Shown in pieces: positions 17,720 to 27,162 of a DNA stretch of 64,000 bases. The DNA lies in the sequence record NC_061418.1; one strand, written 5' to 3'. Positions within the stretch are counted from its first letter, which is position 1. Each line of letters begins with the position of its first letter. A program made the translations under genes and the position numbers. Below the pieces are notes generated by a model that was not told the DNA's origin, ran no database searches, and saw only the letters and a list, made by a program, of their open reading frames with translations.

Positions 17720-18445
17720 TCACCATCGTACAATATTAGAGAAACTCGACTCATACGAAAGCAGTCCCGCCTTGCGTTCCTTGGCAGCGTTGAATTCTGT
17801 CTTCGATAACGGGAACATCTCAACTTGGCTTTGGTCGAACGGCTCTTCTTTGTACCGTTCTAGCGCAGGGAGCACCATCTGATAATACCCGCGTTTCAAC
17901 GAAAAGAACGGCGAGAACTTTAAGGACGGACCCGTCACCTCAATGAGGATTCGGGTTTCAATACTTTTCTGGTAGTCATCTTTGATCAAACGAAGTTCGT
18001 CGATAAAACACTTCCCGACGACCCGCGCTGGGTAGGGTTGGTCTTCCTGATCGACATTCACTAACCAACGTTCTTCTGACCACTCTGCCATCGGGCAGAT
18101 AGATTTCCCTGGTCGCAAAGAACCCTCTACATCAATGGCGTAGATCGTATAGCCACCGAGCCATGTGTCATCACCCGCGCAGTGGGCTTTACTGTCGAGA
18201 AAGTCCCGTAACGCGACACCGTATCCTCGCAGACAATCCACCACAGTGATTCCGGTACAAACCCGTTTCACACTTTCATCTTCTCCCGCCATCGTCCGTT
18301 GAATTTCACGCGGAACGAAAACGTCGATCTTTGGATTAGGCGAGATATGATAAAGGACGCGGTGGTGCGTATCGACCTGTAAGGCGTTGATGGCGTGCTC
18401 TTGCTGTTTACGGACGAAAGCAGTTAACCGTTCAAATGGTGACAT
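17720..18445 (-). CDS. Hypothetical protein with an ADP-ribosyltransferase-fold-like N-terminal motif
   Basis: LYHIS...FVPR...ED...RVC..TV.DCL pattern resembles Arr-like ART-fold proteins. Pattern recognition only. Confidence 0.5.
   Translation of the reverse strand: MSPFERLTAFVRKQQEHAINALQVDTHHRVLYHISPNPKIDVFVPREIQRTMAGEDESVKRVCTGITVVDCLRGYGVALRDFLDSKAHCAGDDTWLGGYTIYAIDVEGSLRPGKSICPMAEWSEERWLVNVDQEDQPYPARVVGKCFIDELRLIKDDYQKSIETRILIEVTGPSLKFSPFFSLKRGYYQMVLPALERYKEEPFDQSQVEMFPLSKTEFNAAKERKAGLLSYESSFSNIVRW
17751..17761 (-). promoter_or_regulatory. Putative late promoter inside the upstream gene
   Basis: CTTTCGTATGA on the minus strand, 36 nt upstream of the protease start; same core as the tailspike promoters. 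Confidence 0.45.
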
Positions 18446-18447
18446 AC

Positions 18448-19173
18448 TTACGCCCTCAAGAGTCGTTCAATCGGCTGCGTGACTTCGTTAGGGTTCACAA
18501 TCGCCGAATCCAAGCCATCGCCAGTGTAGCTCCCTGAGATCTTCGCTGTGGTATCAGACGAACCATCAATTACGTTACGTAACGGAATCCACGTGAACGG
18601 CGTTGTTTTGAGTTCGTTGTAGCTGAAGAGTTTCTCACGAAGTGGGACTTTACGGTCATGCGATAAACGCGCAATCTGTGCGATAATCATCTCGCCGATG
18701 GTCGGGGTCGCCACCAATTGCGTACCGGTGTATTTTTTCGTTTCTTCAAAGAACCCGCTGAGCGAGATATAGTTGTAGAAGAATGGGATTCTTCCTCGGG
18801 CCAGAATCTCTTCAAACAGGTAATAAAGAAGGGTGTTGTCTTTGACCAGGTTCAAGTTTTTGATCACGGTACTACCGGGAGTAAAATGGAAGTCGTAATA
18901 GCTCCGACCTTGGTACTCTAACTGACGAATTTCAGCCGGGGCGATTTCCATCATACTGGGTGTGGTTGAAACTGCGTATTCACCCGCTTCGTTACAGATC
19001 GCAAAGAAGCCGATGATCATAATACGCTTACCCATACTGATCAATTGTTTTGCGCGAAAGGACTCTTGGATCACAATCCGGCAGCCGGTCGTAGTGACCA
19101 GACTGCCGTTTGGGAGTTCACGTAACGTCGCTTTCATCGCATCAGGTTTATGTTTCCACTGAGCGATATCCAC
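18448..19173 (-). CDS. Virion RNA polymerase small subunit (beta' C-terminal piece), phiKZ gp176 / SPN3US gp244-like
   Basis: Size (241 aa) and position between the gp177-like gene and the protease; the C-terminal TTAKISGSY..DGL.SAI segment loosely parallels the beta' C-terminal SAASFQET..L..AAI region. Confidence 0.6.
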   Translation of the reverse strand: MDIAQWKHKPDAMKATLRELPNGSLVTTTGCRIVIQESFRAKQLISMGKRIMIIGFFAICNEAGEYAVSTTPSMMEIAPAEIRQLEYQGRSYYDFHFTPGSTVIKNLNLVKDNTLLYYLFEEILARGRIPFFYNYISLSGFFEETKKYTGTQLVATPTIGEMIIAQIARLSHDRKVPLREKLFSYNELKTTPFTWIPLRNVIDGSSDTTAKISGSYTGDGLDSAIVNPNEVTQPIERLLRA

Positions 19174-19184
19174 ACTCGACTCCT

Positions 19185-20717
19185 TTAAGCTACCGTAACA
19201 TCATCCGCTTCGATGATACCGATCTTTTCCGCTGCACTGAAACTCAGGACGTCAAAGTTGGCCACTAACCATTTCGCCAGGTAACGTACCGCGGCGGTAT
19301 AGGCTGCGGTAGTCCCGTCTTCCTGATTCTCTTGCATCTCCGTTTCCACGATGTCGATAATGTCCTCGGCATCGATAAAGGTGAAGATGTGCTGGCAGAC
19401 TTTCTGTTTGACTAACTCGAACAGGTTCGGGTCGTTGTCAATGTTCCAGTTAACGTAAAACTTACCGGACTTGAGATCTTCAATCACCCGTGCCATCGCT
19501 TCTTCTTTACTGAAGCCACCCGGGAGTTGGTCATCGTTCAGTTCACCCAGCGCTGCTGAAAGTTCCGGTACGAAACAGTTAGATAGGCGTTTAAGGAACG
19601 TGTCGCGCGAATAACGTTGACGTTGCACTTCGAGTGCCTGCCAGCGTTTAAGGTTCAGTTCATTATTGGACAGGAACTGGGTCAGTAAACGCTGACCGCC
19701 TTTCGGGTCTAGAACGCCGCCAATCACGCTCTCCGGGGTTAAACCCTGGCTGAGCCCCTGACGGTAGACCGGGCCGAATACAACGATCTCTGCGTCTTCT
19801 GAGGTCGTTGCAATCTGACTTTTACCGGTGAAGCGAATCACCAGCTGTCCACGACGACTGCAACCGCTGAGCCAACCCAGGCCGTTCTGAATCAGGTAGC
19901 CGTACTGGAGTTTCATCGCGTTGATCGTCGCGTTGAATTCCGGTAAGGTTAACCCGGTACCCGGCAGCGGGTCTTGACTAAAGCTGTCAATCAGGAAATA
20001 GGTAATAATACCCAGATCAGTCATTGACGCATCGGTAAAGGTACCAACACAACGCTGGCCTTCTTTCTGCTGCACTAAACCAGCAATGAACCGGGTCACC
20101 GGACAAACCGGTACAACCGTCTCGTTACGGAAGAGGACGTTGTAGATTGCAACAACGGTATCGGCGCCGTATTTCGCAATAGCATCCGCTAACCCGTCGT
20201 CCAGTTCGCTCACACCGGTCTTCATTCCGTCAATCAGATCGACGTCAGTTTTTTCCGGGGCATTTTTGATTCGGGTAAACAGCGGCGCATTCGGTTTGTA
20301 CTGACCGAACGTATCGATGACGTACGGGTTGTAGATGATCGGCGACGGGTCGTATTGAGTGATGGTGAACTCTTTCGGTTCCACACCCTTCATGCGATCG
20401 AGGATCTTCCCGGTAACGTCGCTGATCAACGGAACAACGGTGTTACGGACATACCCGATCTGACGCAGTAACGCTCCGCCGACTACCTCTGCTGCACCGG
20501 CCACCGCTCCTTCGTGCGGTTCCGCCATCCCAATGGTACGCTGGGCGTTGTTGAACAACACCGCGTCGTAGTTCTCCATGGACGGTTTATGGCTCTGGAA
20601 GAGCGGTAAAGATTCGGCCACCGGACTAAACATCACGCTACCGGTGCGCGGGAAAAGAAACAGTCCTTCATTACTGACGACCGTTTTCGCCAAGGCGATA
20701 GATTTTTTATTTAACAT
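19185..20717 (-). CDS. Virion head protein, phiKZ gp177 / SPN3US gp243-like
   Basis: 510 aa directly downstream of vRNAP beta in the conserved order; PSME candidate protease site near the N-terminus. Confidence 0.65.
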   Translation of the reverse strand: MLNKKSIALAKTVVSNEGLFLFPRTGSVMFSPVAESLPLFQSHKPSMENYDAVLFNNAQRTIGMAEPHEGAVAGAAEVVGGALLRQIGYVRNTVVPLISDVTGKILDRMKGVEPKEFTITQYDPSPIIYNPYVIDTFGQYKPNAPLFTRIKNAPEKTDVDLIDGMKTGVSELDDGLADAIAKYGADTVVAIYNVLFRNETVVPVCPVTRFIAGLVQQKEGQRCVGTFTDASMTDLGIITYFLIDSFSQDPLPGTGLTLPEFNATINAMKLQYGYLIQNGLGWLSGCSRRGQLVIRFTGKSQIATTSEDAEIVVFGPVYRQGLSQGLTPESVIGGVLDPKGGQRLLTQFLSNNELNLKRWQALEVQRQRYSRDTFLKRLSNCFVPELSAALGELNDDQLPGGFSKEEAMARVIEDLKSGKFYVNWNIDNDPNLFELVKQKVCQHIFTFIDAEDIIDIVETEMQENQEDGTTAAYTAAVRYLAKWLVANFDVLSFSAAEKIGIIEADDVTVA

Positions 20718-20908
20718 TACACGATCCCCTCTTGAACACGACGCGCGGCGATGGCAGCACCAATGGCGGCGGCCAGGTCTTCTTCGATGTTAGCGCCATC
20801 GGGGATTCTGAGGTCTTCGCTACGGGCATCAAGCATAATGCGACGCCCTACTTCGAGAATATTGGCGACGCTAGTCTGCGCAATTTCCTGTAAACCTTCG
20901 TTATTCAT
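20717..20908 (-). CDS. Small hypothetical protein
   Basis: 63 aa; its TAA overlaps the next ATG (TAATG), consistent with translational coupling. Confidence 0.7.
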   Translation of the reverse strand: MNNEGLQEIAQTSVANILEVGRRIMLDARSEDLRIPDGANIEEDLAAAIGAAIAARRVQEGIV

Positions 20909-20951
20909 CTTCTTAACCTTATTTTACAAAGCGCTTTGAAAAGTAGGGAAT

Positions 20952-20976
20952 CAGGGCGAGTACGTTTCTCGCCCTG
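20952..20976 (-). terminator. Hairpin after vRNAP beta
   Basis: Stem CAGGGCGAG/CTCGCCCTG; weak T-tract. Confidence 0.5.
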
Positions 20977-20983
20977 TGGTCAG

Positions 20984-23900
20984 TTACTGTTCATTATCGT
21001 AGGCTTTCAGCATCTCCTGCTGAATGTTTTCAATAAGAACGTTACCCATCCCAAGGAGTAATGCGGAGTTTACGATACGTGCGTTGATCGCGCGATACGA
21101 GAACTGAAGGTCGATGTCCCACGGTTCTCCGCCAGGCAGTACAGGGTTACGTGTACGGCAAATACCGTTATACACACCACTTACCACCGACTTCTTCTGG
21201 TTACCCACCACCAGTTTATCGCCGTCCCCCATACCACGCTGATGCGTGATATAAATACGAATCGCCATCATATCAATCTCTAACGGCAAACCGTCGATCC
21301 GGCTCGGCGTGAAGACCTGTCCGGTCGGACTCGTTTCTTGCTTGAGTACCTTGACGTTTTTCGCACGAATCGCGTCGTATTTATCCGCCACCTTACGAAC
21401 CGAATCCGACATGTCCTCTTTCTCACCGAAATAGAACACCTCAATCTTCTCAACCGTTCCTACGTGTTTTGCACGAGGGGCTGGGTTACCGAGTCGCGCT
21501 AAGGTTTCCATAGAACTGGCATCAAAGTAATCAAAGTTCGCTGAGATTTCGTCTTCGATAAACGCGAGGGTGTCGTCGATGTCAACGTGTTGTCCTTCGC
21601 TCACCAAATTACGGATTGCCTGATTAAAGTTCACCATCAGGACACGGGTATGCGTCACCAACGTCGCCATCTTCTTAGAGAGCCGTTCTGAAATCAGACT
21701 GGCGTCTTCGAAGGTGTTGTTGTTTTCCATCAACGCGATGTTTGTGGTGATCCCGTTCTTGAACGCGACCTGACCTGGCTCACGCCAGTCTTTCGCAAAG
21801 AACCCCGGATGGTAAGCGATAATGGTATCCTTCTTCACGCTCGCACCGACTTCCAGATCACAACGCATCTCATGCGGGACGGTATGACCTGTCACGATAC
21901 CGAACTTACGTCCAATCTCGATACGGTCTTCACCGAGCGCGGGATCATCGTATTTCACGACAACGTAATTCTTTCCTTTCTCTGTTACCACGCCCTGACC
22001 TTTTGCGCTGGCAGCGAAAAGATCATCATTACGGTGGGCCATCATTAACTCGTAACCCGTGCGGATATAACCGAGGTCATCTCCTACACTGCTTATTTTG
22101 TGGCTACTCTGAATACCGATAAAGTTAACGCGCTTCGGGTCGTCATAAGTCGCAAAGGGTGATACCAATGCGCTAGTAGAAAGGATATTACTAAACCCTT
22201 TCTCTTTACTCAGGTCTTTCTCAGTCCGTGCTGTACCACGTAAACTGGTGAGGTTAGGGTTCGCTGACAGGAAGCAGTTAATCCCAACGTCGCCGTTATC
22301 CACCGAGGATTCAGAACGAATACCAATATCACTCGGATGGAACGCACGGGTACGTCTCGTCATGGAACGCTTACCGCGGCCGCCAGTACCGGAATAAGTC
22401 AGGTTCTCTTTCTCTTTCAGGTTTTGGATAGGGTTAGAATCTTCTACCAGAGAAACAGAGGGATCTTTCTGTATCGCGGACAATACCTCGAACGGTGGGA
22501 AATCCAAAGACGCCCTTGAACTGAGGTTACTGGAAGATTGTCTCCGGACGGCTTCTGAGAAGGTACGGTAGACCGCTCCTGCCATACGCTCGTAACCTTT
22601 GAATAACGAGCCCTCTGAACTCAGGTCACTCGGGTATTCATCGGTCGCCAAGTAAAAGGCGGCTTTCTTCAACAGCGGGATGAACGTGGTGGGTTCGTTC
22701 ATCATCTCCAGGTTCTCTTCTGCGATCGGGTCGATAAAGATTGCATTAAGGTTAGTGAACTCGTAGAGATAGCGTCCTGATAACTGCATGTCAGAAAGCA
22801 GTGCGTTGTAGTTGTCCCGATTGTCCAGTTCTGCAACAGAATAGTTTTTCAGGGCAGCCTTCCACAGAAGCAACGAAGCGTAGATCAAGACATCAGGGTG
22901 TGTCTTTCTTGGGATACGCCAGATCTCATCGGCAAAGACGATCTCGAAGGTATTCGGGTCGGGTTGTACACGCGCCCCTTTCGTTCTCCGTTCCGGCTGA
23001 ATCTCTAACCCTTCTACCATCTGACTGAATCCTTCCAGATAAGCCAATACAATGGCTAACGGGAACTCTTGTCCTAAGATAGAGATTGTCACCAATTCAT
23101 TCGGACGGTCATCTGGGTTAGCTCCAAGGAGTTTTGCGATATGCCCGAGGTTGTCAGCACCGGCGCGCAGGTAACCCTCTTTATCCATCGTGACCGTAGT
23201 TTTCCCGCGTTTTCCTACTGGGATATCCGTTGTTCCATTCCAATCCGGGAAATTTTTCTTGATGTTCTCGTAGTCGAAAATAAACTGTATGCCCACTGCC
23301 TCAAACGAGATGACCTCTTTGGCGATAGCCGAATAGGTTCTGGGCACCGGTTGGGAATCTTTGAACGAGTTACCGTAAACAATTTCCGTCATGATCGGCG
23401 GGTTAGTTAACGCCGCGCGGTTCATGGCATCTTTAAGCCACTCTCCGTAATCGTAACGACGTTTATCGCTGCGGTCGACAAACAGCTTGCCGTAATACGT
23501 GGACAGCGCTACGGTCGATGGAGAGATCTTACGGATGGGTTTATCAAAACGCAATTTGCGCATGAAGTATTTAATCCCACCGATTTTATATTTCCCATTT
23601 TTATCGATGACCGGTAACTGGAAACGAACCGTAGAAGGCGCGCCTTTAACCGGCGAGATTTTCACCGTGTAATCGTAAAGGTCATTTAACGCATCGACTT
23701 GGCGTTCCACTTTAAAGTCGGTAATGGCAAACCCGGCTTTCTGGAAATTAAGGATTAAATTGATCACGTCCTTTTGCATGACTTCTTTAACGTACTTTTG
23801 ATCGAAGTCGATCAAGGTACTTTTTAACATGCTTTTATCTTTGACGTGGGTAATATCCTCGATGACCTTCGGTTCAAAATTCCAGACGACTTCTTTCGGG

Positions 23901-25471
23901 ATCTGTCGGTAGTCTTCCAGCGAAACGCTTTCGTTGAACGGGGAAGGAATAACCTTGTAACTTTCGGCCAAACGAAGATGACGCTTGTACTCGGCATTGC
24001 TAATCAGCCCTTTACTCAGGAGCGATTCTGCTTGGGTTCGAATCCCTGAAACCAAAGGCGATTCCTGAACCGCTTCTTGCGGTGGGTCGATAATGACCTC
24101 TGCGTCAATGTCAGGGGCAGCAACCAGACGAACAGCGCGAGGCGGTTCAGTGGTCTCAATCTCCTCAGTGACGCTCTTAAAGGCATCAACTAACTGCGTA
24201 CGAAGACCGGGTTTCCCTTGGTTAATCTTTTCCCTGAGCGCTTTGACTGTGGTGGTTTTAACGACAGGTTCTTCTGGGTTGTTTTCTTGGGTTTCTGTTT
24301 CCGTTGTTTCCACCACAACCGTTTCTTCCGCGTCACCGGTGATCTCGAGGATTTCACTTTCCCCGGTATTCTCATCCGGGATAGTTTCTTCGATGGTGAC
24401 CTGTTCCTGCACACCGGTCAGCAATTTCAGCGCAGTGATGTGTTGTAGCATCAATCGGGAGATCTGTGCGTAAGCATCGCCTTTCGGGTTAGTTTCTGAT
24501 TTGGTCCATTGGTGAAGCAGGCCCAGATTCAGAACCGTGAATTTCCCCATTCGCATAAAGACGAAATTAATCTTGCTGTAATGTTCGACCGGGATCATGT
24601 TCAACAGCGAGTTTTCCCGTTTCTCAGCAAGCCACTGCCAGAGGTCTTGAATAAAGAGCGCATCGTCATTCTGGAAATACCCGAGACGAATACGATTCAT
24701 CTCTTCCAGTGAAACACCGGACGCCGCAATGAAACTGTCGTCGCTTTCAAAGCCCAGCGCTGACTCATCAAATGCCTCTCGCGCCACGTCAGCCGGTAAC
24801 TCACTCGATAACCCTGGCATATGGAGATCGAAGACATCTGCGTACGAGAGGGCAACGGGACGTGCTCGGAGCTGATTCTGATACGCATTGAGGATAGGGA
24901 TACCCGCATCCTCAACTGAAATGTTTAACTGCATCTTCGTTGGGAGTTCATCCGGGACATTGACCAGAATAAACTGATGGCGGTCAGAATGTTCAGCGTA
25001 GAACTTAGCCTGTCCGTATAACGTAGCGAGCAGGTTTTGGAAACGCCAGAATCGGGCCATCGGTAACGGCAGGTAACGCCACTGCATGGGGATGAGCGAG
25101 TAGTTGGCGACAATCGCAGCGTTACGGTCGTCTAATGCTCTGGCGATATCGGTAACCCGACGGAAACCACGGCGCTTTTGCAACCACGTCCGTTTTAGGT
25201 TAGCAACATTGAACGCTCCTTTCCGACGAGGACTGCCGTTAAAGAGTGTCATTTCCGTAATGTTATCGGCGTAGGGACGTAGTCTTTCTTTTTGGATTGC
25301 GAAGAACGTCTCGTCAGGACCTAAGTCAGTGGCATTACTGGGAAGATAATGGACGATGCTATTCTTAGGGAGAATAAAGTTCTCGACATTGAACGCTCTT
25401 GGGTTAGCCAGTCGCGTTTTATTACGTGTCCCGTAGGACATGTAAAATTGCTGGTATTGAATATTACTCAT
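20984..25471 (-). CDS. rpoB: Virion RNA polymerase beta subunit, N-terminal/central piece (phiKZ gp178-like)
   Basis: beta motifs RAFHPSDIG..GDVG, DDPKRVNFIGIQ, NTFEDASLISERL, GDKLVVGNQKKSVVS, DIDLQF..INAR. Ends before the beta C-terminus, which is encoded at 41458..42129. Confidence 0.95.
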   Translation of the reverse strand: MSNIQYQQFYMSYGTRNKTRLANPRAFNVENFILPKNSIVHYLPSNATDLGPDETFFAIQKERLRPYADNITEMTLFNGSPRRKGAFNVANLKRTWLQKRRGFRRVTDIARALDDRNAAIVANYSLIPMQWRYLPLPMARFWRFQNLLATLYGQAKFYAEHSDRHQFILVNVPDELPTKMQLNISVEDAGIPILNAYQNQLRARPVALSYADVFDLHMPGLSSELPADVAREAFDESALGFESDDSFIAASGVSLEEMNRIRLGYFQNDDALFIQDLWQWLAEKRENSLLNMIPVEHYSKINFVFMRMGKFTVLNLGLLHQWTKSETNPKGDAYAQISRLMLQHITALKLLTGVQEQVTIEETIPDENTGESEILEITGDAEETVVVETTETETQENNPEEPVVKTTTVKALREKINQGKPGLRTQLVDAFKSVTEEIETTEPPRAVRLVAAPDIDAEVIIDPPQEAVQESPLVSGIRTQAESLLSKGLISNAEYKRHLRLAESYKVIPSPFNESVSLEDYRQIPKEVVWNFEPKVIEDITHVKDKSMLKSTLIDFDQKYVKEVMQKDVINLILNFQKAGFAITDFKVERQVDALNDLYDYTVKISPVKGAPSTVRFQLPVIDKNGKYKIGGIKYFMRKLRFDKPIRKISPSTVALSTYYGKLFVDRSDKRRYDYGEWLKDAMNRAALTNPPIMTEIVYGNSFKDSQPVPRTYSAIAKEVISFEAVGIQFIFDYENIKKNFPDWNGTTDIPVGKRGKTTVTMDKEGYLRAGADNLGHIAKLLGANPDDRPNELVTISILGQEFPLAIVLAYLEGFSQMVEGLEIQPERRTKGARVQPDPNTFEIVFADEIWRIPRKTHPDVLIYASLLLWKAALKNYSVAELDNRDNYNALLSDMQLSGRYLYEFTNLNAIFIDPIAEENLEMMNEPTTFIPLLKKAAFYLATDEYPSDLSSEGSLFKGYERMAGAVYRTFSEAVRRQSSSNLSSRASLDFPPFEVLSAIQKDPSVSLVEDSNPIQNLKEKENLTYSGTGGRGKRSMTRRTRAFHPSDIGIRSESSVDNGDVGINCFLSANPNLTSLRGTARTEKDLSKEKGFSNILSTSALVSPFATYDDPKRVNFIGIQSSHKISSVGDDLGYIRTGYELMMAHRNDDLFAASAKGQGVVTEKGKNYVVVKYDDPALGEDRIEIGRKFGIVTGHTVPHEMRCDLEVGASVKKDTIIAYHPGFFAKDWREPGQVAFKNGITTNIALMENNNTFEDASLISERLSKKMATLVTHTRVLMVNFNQAIRNLVSEGQHVDIDDTLAFIEDEISANFDYFDASSMETLARLGNPAPRAKHVGTVEKIEVFYFGEKEDMSDSVRKVADKYDAIRAKNVKVLKQETSPTGQVFTPSRIDGLPLEIDMMAIRIYITHQRGMGDGDKLVVGNQKKSVVSGVYNGICRTRNPVLPGGEPWDIDLQFSYRAINARIVNSALLLGMGNVLIENIQQEMLKAYDNEQ

Positions 25472-25486
25472 TGCAGAGAAACTCCT

Positions 25487-27118
25487 TTAAGCTTCACCAG
25501 TAATGTTACGTAAGACTAATTGTACGTTATCAACATCCGCGCTCTTAGAGAGAGTACCGCGGGAAGAGAGGAACCATTCTTTACGACCTTTTAGCATTTC
25601 GTATTCAGCAATAGAATCCGAGGCATAGATCGCTGTAAAGGTACAACGGTCGCCATCGAAGTCGGCACCCAATGGAGAGAGATAGCTGACGCCTATCCCC
25701 ATAGAGTTAACGTACTCTACCGATTTGCTTTGATCAGGGAATTCGAAACAAATGAAATCGTCACCCAGTCTCCGCCAGTCGTGGCCGAGTTCAGCTTTTA
25801 CGCTAGAAACAATAGTCGGTTTGCAGTAAATGTTTGCTATGAAAGTCGACCCTTGTCCTGTAACAGGGTAACGAGTCACTACGCCTGCTAACTTACCCCA
25901 TTCACGATACCCGGACAGGTAATAAAGCGAGGTCATGTTAATCGGGCTAACAAACCGCTTATCAAAACCCGCTGGGAGTTCGTTGATATCAGCGAAGAAC
26001 CGGAACCCTTCTTCACCCCAATAGAGCAGTCCTAAGTAATAACCGTCTATTAAAATTGGTTTATTTCTGAAAGCCGGGGTTTTATAGCGGGTGATCTGGG
26101 CATCTAAACCGTCACGGGTTGTCCAACGTTCAACGGCCTCCGGGGAGGGCTGTACGTATTCAGCACGGAGAGTTTTGGGGTTCGTCAAACGGATTTCATC
26201 TTCGCTGTTACCCGAGAAAACTTCACCTAGCCAACCTGAGCGTAAGAAATAGCGTGTCTTAGGCAGGACCGCTTTGATGGTCTGGTAGAGCCCTAACTGA
26301 ACGTGGTTGATCCCTGGCGTATTCGTTTCACCGATCCGAGTCCCTGTGATCTTCATTGGCGAAATAACGTTTGCTGTACCGTTAATGATTTTACGTGACG
26401 CCCATTTCGCAGCCGCAAAACCTTTCTTTCCTTTAATCATGTTAAAGATACTTTCGAATATCTCGTTGAACTGTCGTTGTAATTGTAAACGACTGTTATT
26501 GATTAAAGGGTCTTCAGAAGGCTCACGACCCATCTCCAGACTGTTGGAGATTGAGATGATAGAACGATAGAATTTGTTGATTTCGTCTTCACTCGTACGC
26601 CCTGAGGTTTCTACCATCAGATCACGCAGACCTGCCGGCATGACCAGGACTTTATCAGTCAGCGCTTTGTCTTTATTTTTGTTGATGAGCTTCACGCGGA
26701 GATTACGGAGTTCGGAATCGCCTTCTTCTAATTTCAAATCGGGGAAATGACGTACAAAAAAGGAGAAGCCGGTTTCGCCCTCCATTTCGTTGCTGGGTTC
26801 GAAATCGAAGGTTTCTGTGTTAAAGACGGCATAACGTCGCCCTTCCAGAATATCCAAATAAAGACGTTTTAATGAACCGAGTCGTTTATAAACGAGCGGG
26901 TGAAAAACACGGGTATGGAGTTCGATATAACTGAAACGCCCATCGCGTTCAGGTGAACCTAAGGGACCGAATGTTTCTACTGAGAATAAACCGTCCTTAT
27001 GGAAATTACGGGTACCGGTTTCAAAGATCTCGGTCGTACTGGTCGGTCGCATACTCCGTATCAGTTGAGGGGTTAAATCCATGAGGAAGATATTGAATGG
27101 GATATCGTTAGTACGCAT
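25487..27118 (-). CDS. rpoC: Virion RNA polymerase beta' subunit piece with the catalytic site (phiKZ gp180-like)
   Basis: LGADFDGD catalytic motif, RYP motif, N-terminal GLFSVETFG and FSYIEL...FHP. Confidence 0.95.
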   Translation of the reverse strand: MRTNDIPFNIFLMDLTPQLIRSMRPTSTTEIFETGTRNFHKDGLFSVETFGPLGSPERDGRFSYIELHTRVFHPLVYKRLGSLKRLYLDILEGRRYAVFNTETFDFEPSNEMEGETGFSFFVRHFPDLKLEEGDSELRNLRVKLINKNKDKALTDKVLVMPAGLRDLMVETSGRTSEDEINKFYRSIISISNSLEMGREPSEDPLINNSRLQLQRQFNEIFESIFNMIKGKKGFAAAKWASRKIINGTANVISPMKITGTRIGETNTPGINHVQLGLYQTIKAVLPKTRYFLRSGWLGEVFSGNSEDEIRLTNPKTLRAEYVQPSPEAVERWTTRDGLDAQITRYKTPAFRNKPILIDGYYLGLLYWGEEGFRFFADINELPAGFDKRFVSPINMTSLYYLSGYREWGKLAGVVTRYPVTGQGSTFIANIYCKPTIVSSVKAELGHDWRRLGDDFICFEFPDQSKSVEYVNSMGIGVSYLSPLGADFDGDRCTFTAIYASDSIAEYEMLKGRKEWFLSSRGTLSKSADVDNVQLVLRNITGEA

Positions 27119-27162
27119 TGTCTAATCCTGTTAACAGACGATTAACCTTTTAAGGGAACAAA

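Noticed and set aside
17716-17823. Longer N-terminal versions of the protease (starts at 17823 or 17754)
   Set aside because: They overlap the upstream gene, and the ATG at 17754 is part of the TCGTATG promoter-like motif; 17715 has an RBS.
20984-27118. Introns or inteins in the RNAP genes, which are common in jumbo phages
   Set aside because: Frames are continuous, sizes match intron-free homologues, and no intein or LAGLIDADG/HNH insert motifs were seen.
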